From: Candidatus Woesearchaeota archaeon
Lineage (GTDB): Archaea; Nanobdellota; Nanobdellia; SCGC-AAA011-G17; GW2011-AR18
Direction of reading: 5' to 3'
Assembly: GCA_018302765.1 (NCBI GenBank)
Contig: JAGVZG010000016.1
Span: forward strand, 1 to 11,288
DNA: 11,288 bases
Made by a program: the position numbers and the translations under genes. The notes under the pieces are model-generated. The model had not been told where the DNA came from, did not search any database, and worked only from the letters and a program-made list of their open reading frames with translations. The number at the start of each line of letters is the position of its first letter. Position 1 is the stretch's first letter. This document shows positions 7,361 through 11,288 of this stretch, piece after piece.

Positions 7361-8118
7361 TGTAAATTCCTTTTTAATATTCCAAGCTTGATATGTAATT
7401 TTGAAAACCTGTCCAAGCTTCTACCAACAACAATATTTTTCTCCTTTATTATGTTATCTAAAAATTCAGACACATCAGAGGCATAGCTTGCAGTTACTGC
7501 CTTTCCAAGATAGTTGTAAACATGGGAATCACTGGCTCCTGTTGCACTTTTATTTAGTTTTTTAGCCCATTCAGTAACCATCTGGTTATGTTCTTCATGC
7601 ATTAACGAATTAATAACTTCAATAGCATGAATATGTTTCATTAATTTTGGATTTTTATGCATAAATATATAACTATTTTTTGGTCTCATTGCTATTGGAT
7701 GTGGCAATGTTATAACACAGTTATATTTTCTAACATGATCCAAAAGTTCTTCAGTGTTCCATTTTAATTTCCAAAGATTAAATATTCTTGAGCTTAGGTG
7801 CTTGTCTTTTATGTATTTATTATAAAAATGCTCCAAGTCTTTGGTCTTGTAAAAATAAACCAGAAAATCAATTGCATCTGAAGATGTAATTTCTATTCCT
7901 GGTATAGAAAAAGTCCTTTTGCAAGCCTCTAATGAGGCAGCTATTCTATTGTGGTCTGTTATTGAGATCCCAATTCCTAATTTTTGCACTTGCCTAATCA
8001 TTAGGTCTGCAGTATCTCTTCCGTCAGAAATATTTGTGTGACAATGCATATCTACAACAGCCATATCTTTTTTTATATCATCGCTATCTTCTGTTTCCTT
8101 AAATATAACTTTAACCAT
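7354..8118 (-). CDS. PHP-domain metal-dependent phosphoesterase
   Basis: DMHCHTNISDG, ITDHN, GIEIT, PHP, IEVIN and GASDSH metal-ligand motifs. Confidence 0.9.
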   Translation of the reverse strand: MVKVIFKETEDSDDIKKDMAVVDMHCHTNISDGRDTADLMIRQVQKLGIGISITDHNRIAASLEACKRTFSIPGIEITSSDAIDFLVYFYKTKDLEHFYNKYIKDKHLSSRIFNLWKLKWNTEELLDHVRKYNCVITLPHPIAMRPKNSYIFMHKNPKLMKHIHAIEVINSLMHEEHNQMVTEWAKKLNKSATGASDSHVYNYLGKAVTASYASDVSEFLDNIIKEKNIVVGRSLDRFSKLHIKLGILKRNLQW

Positions 8119-8307
8119 GAAAACTAGGAAAAATAAGCTGTATTAAAGTTTTTTGTTAGCTTAGAAATTGTAAGACTGACTGAAGGCAAGAGAGAAACTG
8201 TAATATACAAATCTATAAGACAACAAACAGTCCATGATATTACTATTCAACCATTTTTATAATTCTTTCATAACTTATATAAATAAAAAATAAAATTATA
8301 ATAACAT

Positions 8308-8907
8308 ATGTTATATAAATATAGAAACTGGCTATACAATACTAATTTTTCTAGAGCAATAAGTAAATTAGTAATTTTAAAAATAAGTCCAAACCTAATT
8401 ACATTTTTTGGATTAGTATTTGGAGTTATTGCTGCATATTTAATTTACAAGCATTACTTATTATTGGCTATTATTCCATTGGTTTTAAGTGGTTTATGTG
8501 ATTTATGCGACGGCTGGGTTGCAAGACTAAGCAATAAAGAAACTAAATTCGGAGTAATATTTGATGTAACTCTTGATAAATATGTAGAGGGATTTGTTGG
8601 TTTGGGATTTTCTTTTGTAACTCCAGGATTTTTAGTACCTGGTTATATTTGGGTTATAATTGCAGTGTTCGGATCTATAATTATAAGTTTAGTCTCTAAT
8701 GTTGGAGCAGCACTATCACAAGAAAAACCATTTAAATTAGCCTCAAGGTTTGATAGAGGAGTTATAATTGTTCTAGGTTTAATTTTAGCAAATTTCTTGG
8801 GCGATATTTATTTGACTTATACTGCAGTATTTGTAGCTGCTATAACGCATTTAACTGTGGTAAGTTTGGTTATTAGTTATTATAAAATTCTGAAAAATAA
8901 AAAATAA
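8308..8907 (+). CDS. CDP-alcohol phosphatidyltransferase family protein
   Basis: Exact signature DxxDGxxAR-x8-GxxxDxxxD (DLCDGWVARLSNKETKFGVIFDVTLD), SPNLIT N-terminal motif and several TM helices. The acceptor substrate cannot be determined from the sequence. Confidence 0.93.
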   Translation: MLYKYRNWLYNTNFSRAISKLVILKISPNLITFFGLVFGVIAAYLIYKHYLLLAIIPLVLSGLCDLCDGWVARLSNKETKFGVIFDVTLDKYVEGFVGLGFSFVTPGFLVPGYIWVIIAVFGSIIISLVSNVGAALSQEKPFKLASRFDRGVIIVLGLILANFLGDIYLTYTAVFVAAITHLTVVSLVISYYKILKNKK

Positions 8908-8972
8908 TTATAAATATTATCTACTCATAAGAATACAACTATAATTAAATTTCAAAGATTTATCATTTAATC

Positions 8973-10433
8973 TCAAATTTTCCTTTCATGTATAACTGCC
9001 TCACCATTCACATTATATTTATCTTCATGTGAATATGGAAATCTTAATGCTGTAAATCTTGCAAATTTGTTTTCTAGAGCTTTAATAGAATGAATATCCC
9101 CAGGTTTAAGCACAATTATTGAACCTGCGTTAACATTAATTACTTCTTCGTTAACTATAACCTGTGCTTCCGAATAAAACTCAAATATTTCATCTTGTAA
9201 TAAATGTTTATGTGCTGATACTTCTTTATCAGGAGGAACTAGAACTTTATTAAATCCCATTAATATTCCTATTTTTTCACAAGGAATCTCAATTCTATTT
9301 ACAGTATATCCACCTTCCCTTGTATGAAATATTTTCTTAACTTCTTGATTATTAACTTCAACATTGTACAACCATGAAACAGAATTAAATAAATCTATAA
9401 TTTTATCATTGTGTTCTTTAGGCCCAATAGTTATTTTATACCAATTTTTAAACTGAGGATATTTTTTTATATTGGAATAATCTTTAATTCTCCTAATTTC
9501 TATTCCTATTTCTTTGGCCTCTTTTTCAATAAATTCAATCTGATTTTCAGGAACTTCAATTAATATTGAGCCACTATCAGTATCAAAAAATTTATAGTTA
9601 GGTAATTTTTCAATTTTTTCTTTAAATATTGCCTTTTGTTCTCTTATAATCTGTGCAATTTTCTTATAATGCTCTTCAGAATTTAAAATAGCAATAGCAA
9701 GTTTTTGTGCAATATTGTCGAATCCTAAATATCTTTCATTAAAATTTATTATATTCTTTACATTTTGTCCGCATAAGGCATAACCAACTCTTATTCCTGC
9801 TATACCATACAACTTTGAGAAACCTCTAGCTATTAATAAATTAGGAAATTCTTCAAGTAGATTATTTATATTTTTTATATTTGTTTCACTAAAACCTTCA
9901 TGAGCCTGATCCAATACAACTAACTGGTCTTTATTTACATTTTCTAATATCTTCCTCAAATCTTCTTCTTTTATTGAAAAACCTAATGGTTGCTCAGGAT
10001 CAATTATTACAATTACATTAGGTCCTTCTTTTATTTTATTTATTAAATCCTCAATATTATAACTAAATATGTCATTTATATTATTAAATTTAAATGTCAT
10101 AATTTTAGAATTATGATGTTTTGCTAAATTAAAATAATAAGGATAACCAAATTCAGGTAATAAAACTGATGATCCTGAATTTATCATATAATCAAAAACT
10201 CGGTGAATAATTCCAATAATTCCTGATTCCAAGAATACCCTTTCTTTATGTAAATTATACTTTTTAGATAAGGCTTGAATTAACTCTGGATATTTTTGAT
10301 ACCTTCTAAAAATATCAAAATTTTCTGGATTTGATAATTCTTTTAAAACTTTTATTACTTCATAGGATGGTTCAAATCTTGACTCATCACTTGCCGCATA
10401 TATTTTTTCATATTTTTCTTCACTAGGCATCAT
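8973..10433 (-). CDS. Fold-type I PLP enzyme (HisC/CobD-like) fused to a C-terminal cupin domain, 486 aa
   Basis: RGFSKLYGIAGIRVGY PLP-lysine motif, VLDQAH and IDPEQPLG. Cupin ligands HKHLLQDE...PGDIH. Start reassigned from 10466 to 10433 because AGGTGA (10439-10444) lies 5 nt upstream. Confidence 0.85.
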   Translation of the reverse strand: MMPSEEKYEKIYAASDESRFEPSYEVIKVLKELSNPENFDIFRRYQKYPELIQALSKKYNLHKERVFLESGIIGIIHRVFDYMINSGSSVLLPEFGYPYYFNLAKHHNSKIMTFKFNNINDIFSYNIEDLINKIKEGPNVIVIIDPEQPLGFSIKEEDLRKILENVNKDQLVVLDQAHEGFSETNIKNINNLLEEFPNLLIARGFSKLYGIAGIRVGYALCGQNVKNIINFNERYLGFDNIAQKLAIAILNSEEHYKKIAQIIREQKAIFKEKIEKLPNYKFFDTDSGSILIEVPENQIEFIEKEAKEIGIEIRRIKDYSNIKKYPQFKNWYKITIGPKEHNDKIIDLFNSVSWLYNVEVNNQEVKKIFHTREGGYTVNRIEIPCEKIGILMGFNKVLVPPDKEVSAHKHLLQDEIFEFYSEAQVIVNEEVINVNAGSIIVLKPGDIHSIKALENKFARFTALRFPYSHEDKYNVNGEAVIHERKI

Positions 10434-11007
10434 TAAAGTCACCTTTTGAAAAAAAGTACAAATCATCCCAAACAGCAGGCCAACCCCTATATGTTCTAAA
10501 AACTATAAATTCTATATTAGAACAATTTAATCTGCTAAAAGTCTGTTCAATTTTATATTTATTTTTTTCAAATAATTCTTTAGTTCCTGCAAATCTTCTT
10601 CCATATTGTAATTCGCTAGCACTAACTTCCCTAACATTTTCTCCCACTAGGTAATTTCCAGGCTTTTTGGATAATTTAACTTCCTTTCCAATATTTACTA
10701 AACCAATATCGTCTTCTAGTTTAAATTCAGATGCTACAAAATCATACGACGGAGTCCATCCTCTGAAAGTAGGTATTTCTTCTGTAATTTCATGCTTCTT
10801 TAATTCATAAACAAACCAACCATCTTCCCTAAACCATTTTTCTTTTTTAAACAATTCAAATTGTTTTTCTGAATATAATCTCCTATTTGGATCATCTCCA
10901 ATAGTTTCTTTTATTATTTCTCTTGGACTTTTTGAGAAATCTATATCTTTTTTGCTTGATTGTTCATAAGGAATTATTCCCCTTGGTTGGTATATTTTTT
11001 CGCCCAT
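10423..11007 (-). CDS. Hypothetical protein, 194 aa
   Basis: Long ORF with SD AAGGAG (11014-11019) 6 nt before the ATG. Its stop overlaps the start of the PLP-cupin gene. No family recognised. Confidence 0.75.
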   Translation of the reverse strand: MGEKIYQPRGIIPYEQSSKKDIDFSKSPREIIKETIGDDPNRRLYSEKQFELFKKEKWFREDGWFVYELKKHEITEEIPTFRGWTPSYDFVASEFKLEDDIGLVNIGKEVKLSKKPGNYLVGENVREVSASELQYGRRFAGTKELFEKNKYKIEQTFSRLNCSNIEFIVFRTYRGWPAVWDDLYFFSKGDFNDA

Positions 11008-11008
11008 T

Positions 11009-11188
11009 TTAATCTCCTTGAGCTTGATATTCCATGAAAAGACACTCTAGTCTTTTCTCTAGTTCTAAGTCAAATGGTTTATTTGTTGCAATTGTTAATT
11101 GAGAGCATAATGTTGAATCTTCTGTTATGAATACACTTGAATTACGTTCATGTCTAGTTTCAGAACTGCTATAATGCAATGGGCATTT
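11009..11188 (-). pseudogene. Probable 3' remnant of a gene interrupted by the IS200/IS605 element
   Basis: 59 open codons (KCPLHY...EYQAQGD) begin 2 nt outside the IS end and stop at TAA 1 nt before the next ATG. No upstream ATG; a TTG at 11179 is an alternative start. Confidence 0.4.
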
Positions 11189-11190
11189 AA

Positions 11191-11288
11191 GTGACGTCCT
11201 CTCAGGCCTAAAGGCCTGAGCTTCCTTAGTTTGAAACCAAACAGTGGTGCGTATCCTGATTGTTCACGTATGAAATTGTTTTCTCTAG
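11191..11288 (-). mobile_element. Right end of an IS200/IS605-family element, truncated by the window edge
   Basis: The minus strand reads GAAG-CTCAGGCC-TTTA-GGCCTGAG-AGGACG-TCAC: guide tetranucleotide (11221-11224), perfect 8-bp hairpin (11201-11220) and terminal TCAC (11191-11194). Confidence 0.85.
11226..11288 (-). CDS. tnpA: C-terminus of IS200/IS605 Y1 transposase
   Basis: LEKTISYVNNQDTHHCLVSN* contains the catalytic helix pattern Y(I/V)xxQ and stops 1 nt before the right-end guide. Only 21 codons are visible. Confidence 0.7.
   Translation of the reverse strand, partial: LEKTISYVNNQDTHHCLVSN

Noticed and set aside
8176-8205. Hammerhead-like CTGAAGG...GAAAC
   Set aside because: Stem II cannot form (no closing G-C pair) and no convincing stems I or III were found.
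8973-10466. Calling the PLP gene hisC, or using start 10466
   Set aside because: Active-site substitutions, the cupin fusion and the absence of other his genes argue against the name. The SD position supports 10433.
11171-11190. Flank as a TnpB omega-RNA guide
   Set aside because: There is no room for an omega-RNA scaffold between the tnpA stop and the end, no tnpB is visible, and I saw no matching target in the window.
1-11288. tRNA, rRNA or other structured RNA genes
   Set aside because: No GC-rich stretch or tRNA arm motifs were seen in any intergenic region.

Overview
AT-rich prokaryotic window, most likely archaeal and DPANN-like. This is an inference from the archaeal-type Elp3, the DUF217-type antitoxin and TATA-like boxes about 20-23 nt before most start codons. 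Both edges are cut inside insertion sequences: the 3' end of an IS5/IS903-like DDE transposase on the left, and the 3' end of an IS200/IS605 tnpA with a complete right end (GAAG guide, hairpin, TCAC) on the right. The left accessory block holds a vapBC toxin-antitoxin module bracketed by a 36-bp near-perfect direct repeat that starts at stop codons, an orphan membrane protein and a transglutaminase-like protein. The middle holds a HAD phosphatase, an uncalled 51-aa ORF, Elp3, two membrane proteins, a DUF1385 protein, a PHP hydrolase and a CDP-alcohol phosphatidyltransferase. The right part is an operon with a probable IS-interrupted gene, a 194-aa orphan and a divergent HisC/CobD-fold PLP enzyme fused to a metal-binding cupin. 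The best candidates for something new are the repeat-flanked TA cassette and the PLP-cupin fusion with its neighbours. Family assignments are from motif recognition only; no searches were run.
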